NCBI RefSeq assembly: GCF_021869535.1
Contig: NW_026262679.1
Coordinates: 39,494,001 to 39,558,000 of the forward strand
Reading direction: 5' to 3'
From: Mytilus californianus
Taxonomy: Eukaryota
Length of the DNA: 64,000 bases
The notes beneath the pieces were generated by a model. It ran no database searches. It was not told the DNA's origin and was given only the letters and a program-made list of their open reading frames with translations. A program made the translations under genes and the position numbers. Below, piece after piece: positions 50,601-62,509 of this stretch. The stretch's first letter is position 1, and every line of letters starts with the position of its first letter.

Positions 50601-53600
50601 GAAAAAGAGGCAAAGACTGGTCGACTCGAAGTCAGAGTAGGTGTCTTGTCTTACTAGGGACTGTTACCTTGTGATTTAGCTCGTTAAAACTCCGGTTAAG
50701 CGTGTTGGTACAAAGCAGGGTCCATACCAAATTAACGAGTTCTTGTTATAATATCCTACTTGCCACTGGGAATCAAGCACCAATGTATCCATCCACCCAA
50801 TCATTCCACAAGAATAGTTAAAATGATGCAAATGAAACATTTTGTGAACGAATAAGCGTTGGACTGTTTCGTTAGTTTATTATTTGTGGTACTGATGCAA
50901 ATTAAGATAGTCATTTCTCCGTTTTAATTGTTTCCATGGTGTAGTGTTCACCAAATCGATGTTTAATAAAAGGGCATGTGAGGTACTATAGTTAACGCAA
51001 ATGAGACAATATCTTACCAAACAACCAATAAAAATAGACTGATAACTACATGGCATTCGATTATGAACATGACACAAATGCAATACGAATAGCTCTATTT
51101 CATAACATTCATAAGGATGCTATTAGCCTCGTGCAATCGTGATGGTTTCGATCCCCGCTTGTGTCAAACCAAAGACCATTAAACAGGTGTTTGTTCCTTC
51201 TGTGCAAATCTTGCGGTATTTAGAAATGAATATATGGTAGAAATATAAAATAAAGGAGATGTGGAATGATTGCCAATAAATGAGACAACTATCCACCAAA
51301 GACAAAACGGGGCAGATTTTAGCAACTATATAGGTCAACGTACGGCATTCAACGATAGCAAAACTAATACCGCATTGTAAGCTATACAAGGGACCAGAAA
51401 TTTTAACAAAATTTAAAACAATATTCAAATGAGAAAACCAACGGCCTGATTTATGTACAAAACAACATACGAAAAACAAATATGATATACAGCAACAAAC
51501 GAAAACCACTCAATCACAGGCTCCTTACTTGAGACAGGCAAATACAGAATGTGGCGAGGTTAAATAATACACGAAAAACAAATATGATTAACAGCCAAAA
51601 ATCATTTCCACGCAATAGATTTAGCTGAGACATCAAATCCGTATTCTGAAACGAGAATCTTGAACAGTTTGAATGTTTGGTCTCGAGCGTACCTGGTGAC
51701 GGTCATGATAGAAACAAGTGTCGTGGGCCTTGAAATCTATAACATAGTTACGTTTATATTAAATTGCAAAACACAAGTAGTCAGCTACCAACCAGAGCTT
51801 ATCACAAAATTCCTGATCTTTCGGTTAGACATATGAGCATGTTCAATTTGATAGCATTTACTTTTATCGGTATTTACTATTTAATGTATATATCAAAAAT
51901 ACTTTGAATATATAAATATATAAGAAACAATACATTTAAAGGGTGACGTGTGTTTAATGAAAAGCTAAACCGTCTAATTTGTGGAACCTTATTATTGTGT
52001 GTGTATTTCTGTGTCTGCACCCGCAGGTCCAAGGTTACCTGTATGCAAAAAGAAACATTCGGGTTTGATTTATTGATTGATTGTTGTCAAGTTGTTTTGC
52101 GTCAAGTGGTTGTCTAGTATTTCACGCATATGCAGGACAATAACAGGTCCATGGTCATTCAATGATCAGGAAGGTTCTGTCAAATGGGTCGTTTTGTAAT
52201 GAACTAATGTGAATGTCTACTTGAAAACAGCAGGTGTGTATGGAAGCGGCAGTTAAATGTGCAACAGTTCAAATAATATTATGCAGTGAGAGTTCTTTAT
52301 TAGTCCAAATAATTATGGTCTAAACTTGAAAGGCTATTTTCTTCTTTTTTTCTTTTCTTTTTTTTTTTTGCTGCGACGTCACAGCAAAAAAAAAATGAAA
52401 ATAGCCTATCGACTTCTCTTGAACTGAATTTTAATGTGCGTATTGTTATGCGTTTACTTTTCTACATTGGCTAGAGGTATAGGGGAGGGTTGAGATCTCA
52501 TAAACATGTTTAACCCCGCCGCATTTTTGCGCCTGTCCCAAGTCAGGAGCCTCTAGCCTTTGTTAGTCTTGTATTATTTTTAATTTTAGTTTCTTGTGTA
52601 CAATTTGGAGTTTAGTATGGCGTTCATTATCACTGAACTAGTATATATATTTGTTTAGGGGCCAGCTGAAGGACGCCTCCGGGTGCGGGAATTTCTCGCT
52701 GCATTGAAGACCTGTTCTTCTGCTTCTACTTCTACCTGATAATGGCCACAATCAACGAGCTGATTATTATGCCATGACTTAGGTGCGCATACAGACCCCC
52801 TCCCCCCACCCCCCAATTTGATAATTTAGTTCAGCTTTGTCAGAGAGGCTTTAAAGGCCTCGACTGACGATGCTGATGCTACCCCAGGAGGGAGAGCATT
52901 CCAATCCCTGATCGTTCTCGGGAAAAATGAGTATTTCCTGTAATCACTTCTGGATGCTGGAATTTGGAAACTTTTGTCGTGCATGTTCCTCGACAGTCGT
53001 GTTGGTTGCATAAGACGACCTTCCTTAGTTACAGCCACTTTGTTGTTTACTATTTTATAGAGCATAGTTAGTCTAGCGTCTTTTCGCCTTTTTTCCAGAG
53101 ATGGCCATTCCAGGTGCTCAATCATTTTGCTGACACTTGAGTGGTTATGGTGTTTGTTGGAAACATATCTTGCTGCTCGTCTCTGGACCATTTCTAGACG
53201 ATCTATTTCGGTTTTAAAGTATGGGTCCCATACTGGACTTGCATACTCTATTATAGGTCTTGCCAGGCTTTTGTATGCATTTTCTTTGACTGAAGTTGCT
53301 CCTATGTTTAGATTTCTCTTAAGGAAGCCTATTGTCCTATTGGATTTGTTACATATGTTATTGATATGATCATTCCACTTCAGTTCAGATGTGAAGGTGC
53401 AACCAAGGTATTTAGCACTTTTGACAGGTTCAAGTTTGTGGCCATGCAATGTGTACGATGTTGGAATGGTGTTGTTTTTGCGGCTGATGGTAAGAACGTT
53501 ACATTTGTCCGGATGGAAGGACGTTTTCCATTTGACTTCCCATGTTCCCAGTTTGTCCAGGTCGTTTTGGAGGTCGTTTGAGTCTTTGTTGGTGACCTTC

Positions 53601-53960
53601 TGCTGTTGTCTGTTCTATGGTCGGGTTGTTGTCTCTTTGACACATTCCCCATTTCCATTCTCAATTTTATCAATACGTCATAATTATTTGGACTAGATCT
53701 ATATATATGATGTATGCAGCGTCAAAAACTTTGTCCGATGTGGAGTTTTCCGCAGATGCAGAAGTAGGGAGCAGGGGCCCCGTGCATCTCTTATGCGGCT
53801 ACATATCAGTATGTTAATGCATAGCCGGACTTTTTACATGTCCGACTCCAAACGTAATCCATTTTGGTTTTCTGTTGCACTTTCCGAGGGCGATTTTAAC
53901 TAATTACATAGATTTGAAATGATTTACCACCTTTTCAGAAGCTTTTCCCTTCTTCGGCAT
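47623..53960 (-). CDS. C15orf40: UPF0235 / DUF167 (YggU-like) protein, C15orf40 homolog, intact (~119 aa)
   Basis: Exons 53931(or 53928)-53960, 49294-49402, 48992-49119 and 47623-47712 encode [10 protein letters not shown](V)[108 protein letters not shown]. Family motifs AKPG-x-K-x-[10 protein letters not shown] and G-x-x-SR-x-K are present. Minus-strand AATAAA at 47599-47604. Confidence 0.93.
52411..53670 (+). mobile_element. 5'-truncated 3' end of the Naiad B family, interrupted by a LINE
   Basis: 52411-52716 plus 53587-53670 differ from 28398-28780 at only ~2 positions over the first ~300 bp. TATC flanks both ends. Confidence 0.85.
52717..53586 (-). mobile_element. 5'-truncated non-LTR retrotransposon (CR1/L2/RTE-X-like RT C-terminus), recent
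   Basis: Uninterrupted frame from ~53586 to 52826: [25 protein letters not shown]…KYLG…[15 protein letters not shown]…QRRAAR…[15 protein letters not shown]. Short 3' UTR with an (AGAAGT)-like tail. TGTT direct repeat at both junctions. Confidence 0.9.
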
Positions 53961-54916
53961 TGTCTGTTTACATCGGCATGCACAATGTGATACAGTTTTA
54001 ACTCGAAAGATCGCTTTGTGTAAGGATTGCATTTAGGATATACATTTGTACTTTCACTTTCTCTTTTAATCAATATAGGTCACGTAATCTGGTTCTATCT
54101 TTAACGTTATGTAAAATTTGAACCAGTAGAATGAGGTAAAACGAATGACCGAAAAGCAAAATTATGAAAAGTATAAAGAACTACTTGCAATTTAAAGAAT
54201 AATTGTGTTAAATGGATGTCTACGAGAAAACCATGCAAAATGCAAAAAAAATATTTGTAATTGAGTCAAATATCATTGCATTTAATAACCCTACTTCTAT
54301 ATTTTAGTATGAGAGTATTCCGCGATTAACAAATTTTGATGCAGAAAGTGTAAGTTAAAATCAAGAAATTTTATCTGAAAATGTTGTCTATGTGGTAAAA
54401 ACTTTATTTTCACACATACAAAAAAGATTTTGGTTGATTGAAAAATCAACTTTGAAAGATGAAATCATATCTTTTGTCGAACAGTTTTGGTCTCAACCGA
54501 TCTGCATTGATCTTCATTGTCAATTTCTAGATTTAATTCAACTTAAGATGTGGGGCCGCAAACTTTTATAAAACTAATCAAATATAAAAAAAAGACTACT
54601 ATTATAACTCATATTTGTTTTACGGTAGTCTCAGATTTTAAAACAATTATGCCGATTAGCATGCTGAATGTTCATTTATATGACAACTTCTAAATTAGTT
54701 TATCTTATGGTCATAATTACATTTAACTAAAATGCAAATCTGTTATCTAAAATTGAGGCTGATGTCAGTGAGACCTCGTATTTATGTTTATTTAATAAAA
54801 GAATTAAATGATAGCCGTTCCCTATTATTATATTCAATATTCCTTCGACAAGATTTCTTTCTTTTCATTTTTCATAAAAACTGTGTGCCCCTTTATCTGC
54901 CCTTTATGCAATCATT

Positions 54917-56322
54917 CAGGCGCATAGCTACGTTTACGTCAAAACGCCCGGGCGTGCACATGAATTTTGGAGAAATTTTTTTTTTTAATCCAAATAAATT
55001 AAAAGAACTGGTTAAAAGCACATGAGCCTTATAATGCTTTCTTAATTAAATGACATGTAATTGAAGACAAAAGTGACGAAATTTACTGTTTAATCAAATG
55101 GTATCATATTATATATATGTTTATTTTCTGCCAAAGTCTGAATCTACTGTGAATTCTACTCAGTTTACAATTATTTAAAGAAACTCATTATCTGCTGAAA
55201 TACGATAAGTGGCTTCCATTTTTATGTTACACCAGGCCATCAACGAAAATTATTTGTTTCACGAGTCAATTAACAAAAAATGAGCGTAAAATTGTGAGAA
55301 AATTAGATGAAATCAATATAATTAATAGAACGACAGCATTGAAATGGAGACTTGCTTTTTTACTATCTCTATAAAGGTTTGAATATTTTGTCGATTGATT
55401 GTTTTACCCCACATCTCCTTTTAAACACATTTTAAAGTATCTGGTTTGGAATTTCTTTTCTCGAAAACAAATGACCATTAAATTCTAAATCCACACAATG
55501 AATAAATTTACTAAAAAAAGCTAGACTCTAAAAGTGAGGCGAAAGAATATCAAAGGGATATTTAAACTCATCAGTCGAAAGACAATGCCATGACAAAAAT
55601 GAAAAACGACGAAAAGACAAACAACAGTACAAAAACACAACATAGAAAACTAAAGATTGAGTAACCGGAGGTGATCTCAGGTGCCCCGGAATGGTAAGCA
55701 GATCCTGCTGCACATGTGTCACCCGTCGTGTTGCTCATGTAAGTACAAACCCAGTAATAATTCTAATTCGGTAGGTCACATTTGAAGAAAAGAGGACAGG
55801 GTTGTGGTTACAGCAATTGGAACATATCCGTCGTCATCTGTGAAACAGATACTCCATAACAGTCAACCAACTCGTGATGACGTCCATAAATTTTTGGAAG
55901 GAAAAATTTCAACTTCATCATTAGGAGCTCTTGGTTCGAAAGTTTCCTTTTAAGCAGCAACCCTATATCAAGAAAATCACGATTGGAAATGCAAGCTCTG
56001 GAATATCGTATCAGCTGGGAGATATAAACTCCCGTGATATGCAGTTGCTGCTGGTATGTTGCTACACAGAAATGGAAAGCTCACAATTGGGAACCTGAAA
56101 TCATCTCTTTTGTCGTAAAGTTTTGTTTTCAACTGACCAAAAATGTTGCTATTGATGAGTTTTTAATGACAGAAATAGTATCTCTTTCTCGATAACGCGT
56201 GAGATTCAGGGGGAGGGGGTCACCTCCTTCTAGGATGTCCTCTGCCATGGACTCGTATGAGCCCCTCAGACCCCTCGCCGAGGTTCGGGCGTACACGTAA
56301 AAATGGCATAGCTACGCCACTG
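54917..56322. mobile_element. ~1.4 kb TIR element (CAG…CTG ends, 6-bp TSD ATCATT) containing a PLE 3' fragment
   Basis: Left CAGGCGCATAGCTACGTTTACG…ACGCCCG and right CGGGCGTACACGTAAA…TAGCTACGCCACTG. ATCATT at 54911-54916 and 56323-56328. Confidence 0.7.
55540..56135 (-). mobile_element. Penelope-like RT C-terminus and 3' UTR fragment
   Basis: Degraded …DDFRFPIVSFPFLCSNIPAA…YISQLIRYSRAC… on the minus strand. Its UTR is shared with 20930-21020 and weakly with 6590-6720 and 8660-8810. Confidence 0.75.
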
Positions 56323-57431
56323 ATCATTATAGTAAAAAAATGTAATGTTGAACAAGCCTTAACTTAAAAATTATTTTTTTTTAATTACATTTCAAGTTAA
56401 CTATCCGTGACGGATATAAAATACGTTCTGACAAAAAAATATATATTGCCTTCAATTTTGCAACAAACATGACAAAGGTACGTTAAACTCACAGTGGTCA
56501 CAAGTTAAACTCTACAATCTCTATCATACATTTTTCACATGGTCAGTTTAGTGTGCATGTAAATAACATAAAATCGTATAGGAATATTTCACCATTGCTT
56601 ATATTGCAAATAATTTCAGACTATCATCTTTACCATGCCAGTCTACTGCAAAAATGGAAATTTCATTTAACTTGACGACAAAATTTATAAGAAGTGTTCT
56701 TAATTTTTTCTGAGACTATGTTATAGTAGTCTCAGCCGTTTGTATTACAGATATAACGTATCATCAATTCAAATTTAAAACCAACAAAGTTTGTTTTCAA
56801 GTCGAAGAAACTTAGATAATTTGGTTTAATGAATAATTCTTATGAACCGTTAATCTGTCTACCGTCCGATTTAGATTAAGAAAGAAAACATGTTTGGTCA
56901 ATCAAGTCAATATATATCATGAAACATCATTTCAAAAAAGAAAAAAAAAGTTGTTTTTTATATTTTTACTCCTTCATACTTATTAAAATCTATGTAGTTT
57001 TCAAATCACGACCAAAAAGTTGGTTAACGATGCATGTGTGTCCTGGAGAGAAAAACGGATAATGTAGGTTACTATCTAGCACGTAAATTTTATGGTATTA
57101 GGTAAGATCTTGCATCTGTATTTTCTAAACGTTTTGAAATAACTTGTTTTAGGCTGATAATACAAAATGTAAATTTACTTTGAAGAAAATAAAATGAGAA
57201 AAATAACAAACAAAAACTCGAAAATTCGGTAATACCTTTTGACAATGCCACTTGAGTTCACTCTTGGTCATCACCTGGTTTATGTTGTCTGGTTTTTTTT
57301 GCAAAACGGGAAAAATTCTTTAAATGAGTAAACACCCTCAGGCGTTCAAATGAGATATTTAACCGGTGTAAATTCTAGAATAGATACCTACTACTTGAAA
57401 AAAGCACATTCTCAGCAAAATGCAGCAATTT

Positions 57432-57588
57432 CAGGGGCGGATCCAGCCATTTTTAAAAGGGGGGTTCCATCCCAGGATGAAGGGGGGCGGGTTTCCAACC
57501 ATATGTCCACAATCAAAAGCATTGATCCCAAAAAAAGGGGTGGTTCCAACCCCCGGACCACCCCCCCCCCCCCCTGGATCTGCCACTG
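57432..57588. mobile_element. MITE, CAGGGGCGGATCCAG…CTGGATCTGCCACTG, 5-bp TSD AATTT
   Basis: TIRs and TSD (57427-57431, 57589-57593) read directly. Confidence 0.85.
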
Positions 57589-57710
57589 AATTTTTGAAAA
57601 AAATGGATCAAGCACTGACTTAATCATGTTAATTAAAAGTTGCAAGCCTATTTGGCTTTTTGTTTAAAAAATATACAAATTAAGATTTGGGATTCAGGTT
57701 CATCAGAAGG

Positions 57711-57886
57711 AATACACCTTATCGCTATTCCCGCTTGACCCCAGAATCTGTCCCGCTTGAACTTTTGACGTCATACAACAATCACTTTTCCATTGTGGCG
57801 TCAGATATTTTCTATTATGACGTCAAAATTTTATGGGAACTTTTGTGATGTCCAGTTATGGCGGACAAATAACGATAAGGTGTATT
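57711..57886. mobile_element. MITE with 19-bp TIR AATACACCTTATCGCTATT
   Basis: The left TIR at 57711 and right …AATAACGATAAGGTGTATT differ by one mismatch. Confidence 0.8.
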
Positions 57887-57902
57887 GAAAAAATATGGCT
57901 GT

Positions 57903-58421
57903 GATTACACCACAATATTTACTCTTGAGTACAGACAAACCTGTGCACCTAGAAAAGTTTTAAGGCATGGCAGGAAGTAGGTAAATAAAATTCGAATGCA
58001 TTTAATGTTTCAGAACATTAAACACTTACCTTGAATTTTGAGATTCTTTTTTTTTTTATAAAGCCTGCAGACGGTAATGAAATTAACAAACACCCGAGTT
58101 TCATTTGATATGGTCCACTCATTTACACAGTCCAGATCACCTATTGTTGTGCAGATATCTATTGTCCAGTTAATCAATACAACTACATGTAACTACAATT
58201 ATTTCCATAGTGGAACATCTCAATTTACGCAAACATTTTTCTAAACTTAGTTTATTTTGGCACCTTCTGTGGAAACAAAAAAAAGGGACCACAAAATCCA
58301 GAGAAGTTTATAATTTTCTGAAACATTAAATGCATTTAAAATTTTCTAGTTCCTGCCATGCCTTAAAACCTTTCTAGGTGCACAGGTTAGTCTGTACTCA
58401 TAGTAAAATGTGTGGTGTAAA
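57903..58421. mobile_element. Element with ~110-bp imperfect terminal inverted repeats
   Basis: 57903-58020 is the reverse complement of 58311-58421 (…GAGTACAGAC(A/T)AACCTGTGCACCTAGAAA(A/G)GTTTTAAGGCATGGCAGGAA…). Confidence 0.75.
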
Positions 58422-59515
58422 TTTGACCATATAATTAGCCAAAAGGTTATGATGAACCTTAAATGGCACAATGTACATGTACATGTAATATGATTTATAT
58501 GTTGATTTTTTTTTTTGATTTTCTTATGGTACATGTATACAGGACTTCGTCCTAATATTACCCATTTGGTATAAGAACCTACAAACGTAAAGCTTTTATA
58601 CTGGGGGCTAGAGATGTGTTACTCTGCATCATGTGTTGTATATACTCTCATTATGGTTACTATTATATTCAATTACTCTCAATAAATGGATACACTAATG
58701 ATGGAACAATTCAAATAATTTGAAATTCATTATTTCAAAACAATAATTCTGTTTCATATTATATAATTAATCAAGTGACATTACATGTGTATTGTCAGTC
58801 ACAGCTCAGACATAAGTCTTTTTTTGGTGTCTGACTTACGGAAGTCAATTTTGGACTTGTCTAAGTCACAAAATGACAGACTTGTTTAGGTCAATTTATG
58901 TATCATAAAACAGGATGAAAACTTTTAATTTGACTCTGTGGCTAAAGTATATCACTTATAATGACCATAAAAAATTCTCTGTGAATTAACAAGGACCTGA
59001 GCTATGTATAAGTTATGATCTGACTGAACATTTTTTCCTCACATGTAGGTTTTTTTTCATTTTATAATGGTTATAAAGGGTTGCATTACAAAGTGAATAA
59101 ACATTGTCTCATTTTTTTTAGACTCTCGCTTCACTCATATTTTTCTTCAGAAGGCAAAGCTTTGCCTAACAATGTTAAAAAATAATTTCATGTAGATGTA
59201 TGACCTTTACATGGTTGTGCTTAGGTTCTCGAAGTTGGTCAATTTTGGTAAGTTATCAACTTGAAGAAATCAATATTCACAACATTTTGATTTTGGTATT
59301 TATTTTTTGCTTTTAAAACAATAATTTACTTGTTTAAGTCATATTTTGTTTTAAAATAAAGGGAGACAACTCATGAAATATACCAATTTAGACCTCAACA
59401 AGTCAAAAACAAAAATAGACTCCTTCATGTCTTATCTCTGAATTACTGTGTAAAAAATATAGAAAAAGGACCTTAAAAGACTTCTCTGTTAAAATATCCA
59501 TTTTGAATTACTTTG

Positions 59516-59618
59516 CAATCTAATTAAAATTAGTTCTCCACACTTGCTCCTCATTGCTCCCACACGCGACATATTAACAACGAGGAGCAAGTGTGGAGAA
59601 CTAATTTTAATTAGATTG
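59516..59618. mobile_element. 103-bp Mutator-type MITE (37-bp perfect TIRs, 9-bp TSD)
   Basis: CAATCTAATTAAAATTAGTTCTCCACACTTGCTCCTC with a perfect inverted copy. ATTACTTTG at 59507-59515 and 59619-59627. Confidence 0.88.
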
Positions 59619-61519
59619 ATTACTTTGTATCCAAATTGCAACCCAATGGTTGACTTGGGTATATAAATATGTTCATCCCTATCCCTGTTTTTTTTTATCT
59701 GACTGTAAAACCTATGCTGAAAGAAGAGTGTTCATTTGACGTGCAGGATGTAAAAATATCATGCAGATTGTTTTGATAGTGACTATTTTCAAGTGGCAGT
59801 CAAAATTCTTGCCCTTCATTGATTCCAGTAGGTCCTATTTGCAGAACCTACATGTACTTATTTGATTTATTTATTAATTTTATCTCATCCTGAATAATAT
59901 GCATGAGATATCTGCCACTGTATGTTAAGCAAACAGCAATTAAACAAGCTTTACAAAGTTAATTTATGCTGAATATTGCAATTTTCATTTATTAAAAATA
60001 CTCATTCAAATAGATAAATGTATTAAACTGTCATGACTGAAATTAAAACTACTGAACATTTATGCAGATAATAGTTGCAGGAGTGAATCATTCCTGAGCT
60101 GCTCATTTGTCAGTAATGGAGAGTTGTCTATTCAGGGGTTCATATTTATTTAAGAAAAGTTGAGGACCTTTGAAAAAACTACTTAAAGGTTCATCTGCAT
60201 TGTAGGACGATCATACTTTATTTATGTATTTACAACTTTAAGTTATATATTAAATTACATATTTATTGATTGTCTCCCCTATTAACTTTTCTCTCTCATG
60301 TGAATGTGCTGACTATTCATTGTTCTATTATCTTGTATTTTATTATATAGACAAAAAAAAAATCATTGTAATCATTGTATGAAATTTAAAACCCACAAGG
60401 GTCCATAATTGGTCAAATAACGAATTTCTATTTCTATTTCTATTTCTATATACAGGTATAGAAAATGCTTTAGATTGATAATATGGATAAAAAGAGATGT
60501 GGATACAATGGACAACAACCCAAACAAAAACAATGATAATAAACCATTTTCTTTAATTCAAACTAAAAACTAAAATTTAAAGCATTATTGGGATCTGATC
60601 CAAGTTCTACAACTGTTTCTGACAAGATAAATAATGTAGACATGATAGTCAGATTGCTTACAGTCTCAATAATTATATCTGTTTATGCCTGTTTATGTCT
60701 GTTTATGTCAAATTTGAACAGCTGATCTTTTGATGATTAAGTTGTTAAATGCTTTAATCATACAAATTTATTTTCTATCCTCTGGAATATATGAATACAT
60801 AATTTTATGCTTTATTTTTTATGGAATCTTAAACATTTACAATTTCATAACTTCTGCATTAAAAAGCATGAATTATAAATTTCCTGAACTATTTACATTA
60901 CAACATCAGACCACATTGAGTGGTTGAATCGAGACTACCATTAATTTATATTCCAACAGTCCAAGAAACATTTTCCTCAGATTTTATTAGGATTGGTCAA
61001 TGAGAAATTAATTTACATGTAGTATGAAAAAGTTGTGTTTGCAGGCAAACATTCATGACATTATTGATAATGCTGTCTACGATGACAATACCCCAATATC
61101 ATATGTATACATCAATGGCATAATTACCTGTTCTATAAAATTAAAGAAGAAAAAAAATATGCTTTTGTAAAATAAATCCATGTTGCATTTTTGAAATTAC
61201 ACAAAATATAAAAGAAGTCTTATTTGTGTTGTTGGGTTGTTTACCTGTTGACACATGACCCTAATTTCCATTTATTCATATAAACTCAAATGCGTTAATG
61301 CTACTTGTTCCTGATACATTTGTATATATATAAGTAGAACAATGTGTTTTTTTGTTTGTTTATTTTTTTTACAATCTGATACTTACCCAGTGATATTTAA
61401 TTAAAATTGTTAAAGATAAAAAAGGTGGTAATTACAATTGTTTATTTATTATACAATAGCATTTTTGATAGCAGGGAAATTTGTGTTTTTTTTATAGCAG
61501 GGAAATTTGTGTTTTACAG

Positions 61520-62509
61520 AGTGAGTTCAGTTCTAAATAGAGATACTAAACAATTTGGAAAAAAGTATTTGGTAGACGAAGAGGATGATACATGTTGGAA
61601 TTCAGATCAGGTACATTTTAATACATTTTTTCCTGATATACTATCTGAGTAACACTAAATGATAAGTTTCTACATATCATTCCTCTTAAGTTCAGGTTTG
61701 ATTTGACAGTTTCGTTAAGAGAAGAAATTAAAAAAATGAACAATGGTCTGTGAAAGCTACAACAAATGTATGTTTTTGTTACATCATAAAAAATGGATAT
61801 TATTTTTATATTTCAAAACGTTCCTGATGTTTCAGGGAAAGATAAAAAATATGATTTACAATTGGGTTTCATAGGAACTTCTATAACATTACTGTAACAA
61901 TTTATGCCCCCAATATTAATGACCACATAATGAGGACTCTTGTAAAGGTTCCTTGAATGATCTTTTTTATTGAGTTTGACAAGAATTTGGCATAGTTGGT
62001 TTATAGGAGAATACATTTGAAAATGTACCAATCAGGGTCGATCAGAATAAATTAGGAATTTTTATAAACAACATTCTATAGAGAAGATAATGAAACAAAA
62101 TAATTAACAAACAACTGCAGTCAAGTGATTGAAACCATTCAGGCTAGTCCTTTTAGCTAGATTAGTCGGTAATCAGACGAAAAAGTGGTTGTTGGGGTGC
62201 CGTTTTTCTTTTCTTTAAATATATAAGTTTACAATTGTATGACATTATTTTTATACTTTTTTCATTTAAGAATTTTTTTAATGATCATTGATTTTTATTA
62301 CTGAATCTGTTTATACATTTATGTAATTGAACTTGTATATTCAGGGATCACCACAGTGGATAGCAGTTGAGTTTGATCAAGAAGAGCATATTGCAGAAAT
62401 CAGAATTAAATTTCAGGGAGGCTTTGCTGGAAGAGAATGTTGGGCAGAATCATTGGACACATCAGAAAAAATAATAGAATTCTATCCAGATGATATAAAC
62501 TCATTACAA
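61520..62509 (+). CDS. NR2C2AP: Nuclear receptor 2C2-associated protein (TRA16) homolog, two internal exons; first and last exons not located in the window
   Basis: Exon 61520-61610 encodes (R)VSSVLNRDTKQFGKKYLVDEEDDTCWNSDQ and exon 62345-62509 encodes GSPQWIAVEF…KFQGGFAG…IIEFYPDDINSLQ. These match the remembered family motifs RVSSVLNR…FGKK…CWNSDQG…QFQGGF…FYPED-x-NSLQ. Confidence 0.93.

Larger units (their letters stand above)
52301..53695. mobile_element. TIR element (TAG… ends) hosting nested retroelement insertions
   Basis: TAGTCCAAATAATTATG (52301) and CATAATTATTTGGACTA (ending 53695). Internal hairpin at 52332-52408. No clean TSD seen. Confidence 0.6.
46950..56880. repeat. Second copy of a large tandem (segmental) duplication; the paralogous block is 1 to ~15780
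   Basis: Colinear anchors: 40-657 with 46960-47550, 680-1740 with 48835-49410, 2100-2480 with 50100-50480, 4400-4700 with 53890-54200, 15200-15330 with 54640-54800, and 15500-15780 with 56570-56880 (the last is more diverged). Confidence 0.85.

Noticed and set aside
57848-57879. ATG TCC AGT…ATA AG|GTGTAT (MSSYGGQITIR) as NR2C2AP exon 1
   Set aside because: The phase fits, but the sequence lies inside the TIR MITE 57711-57886 and has no clear similarity to the family N-terminus.
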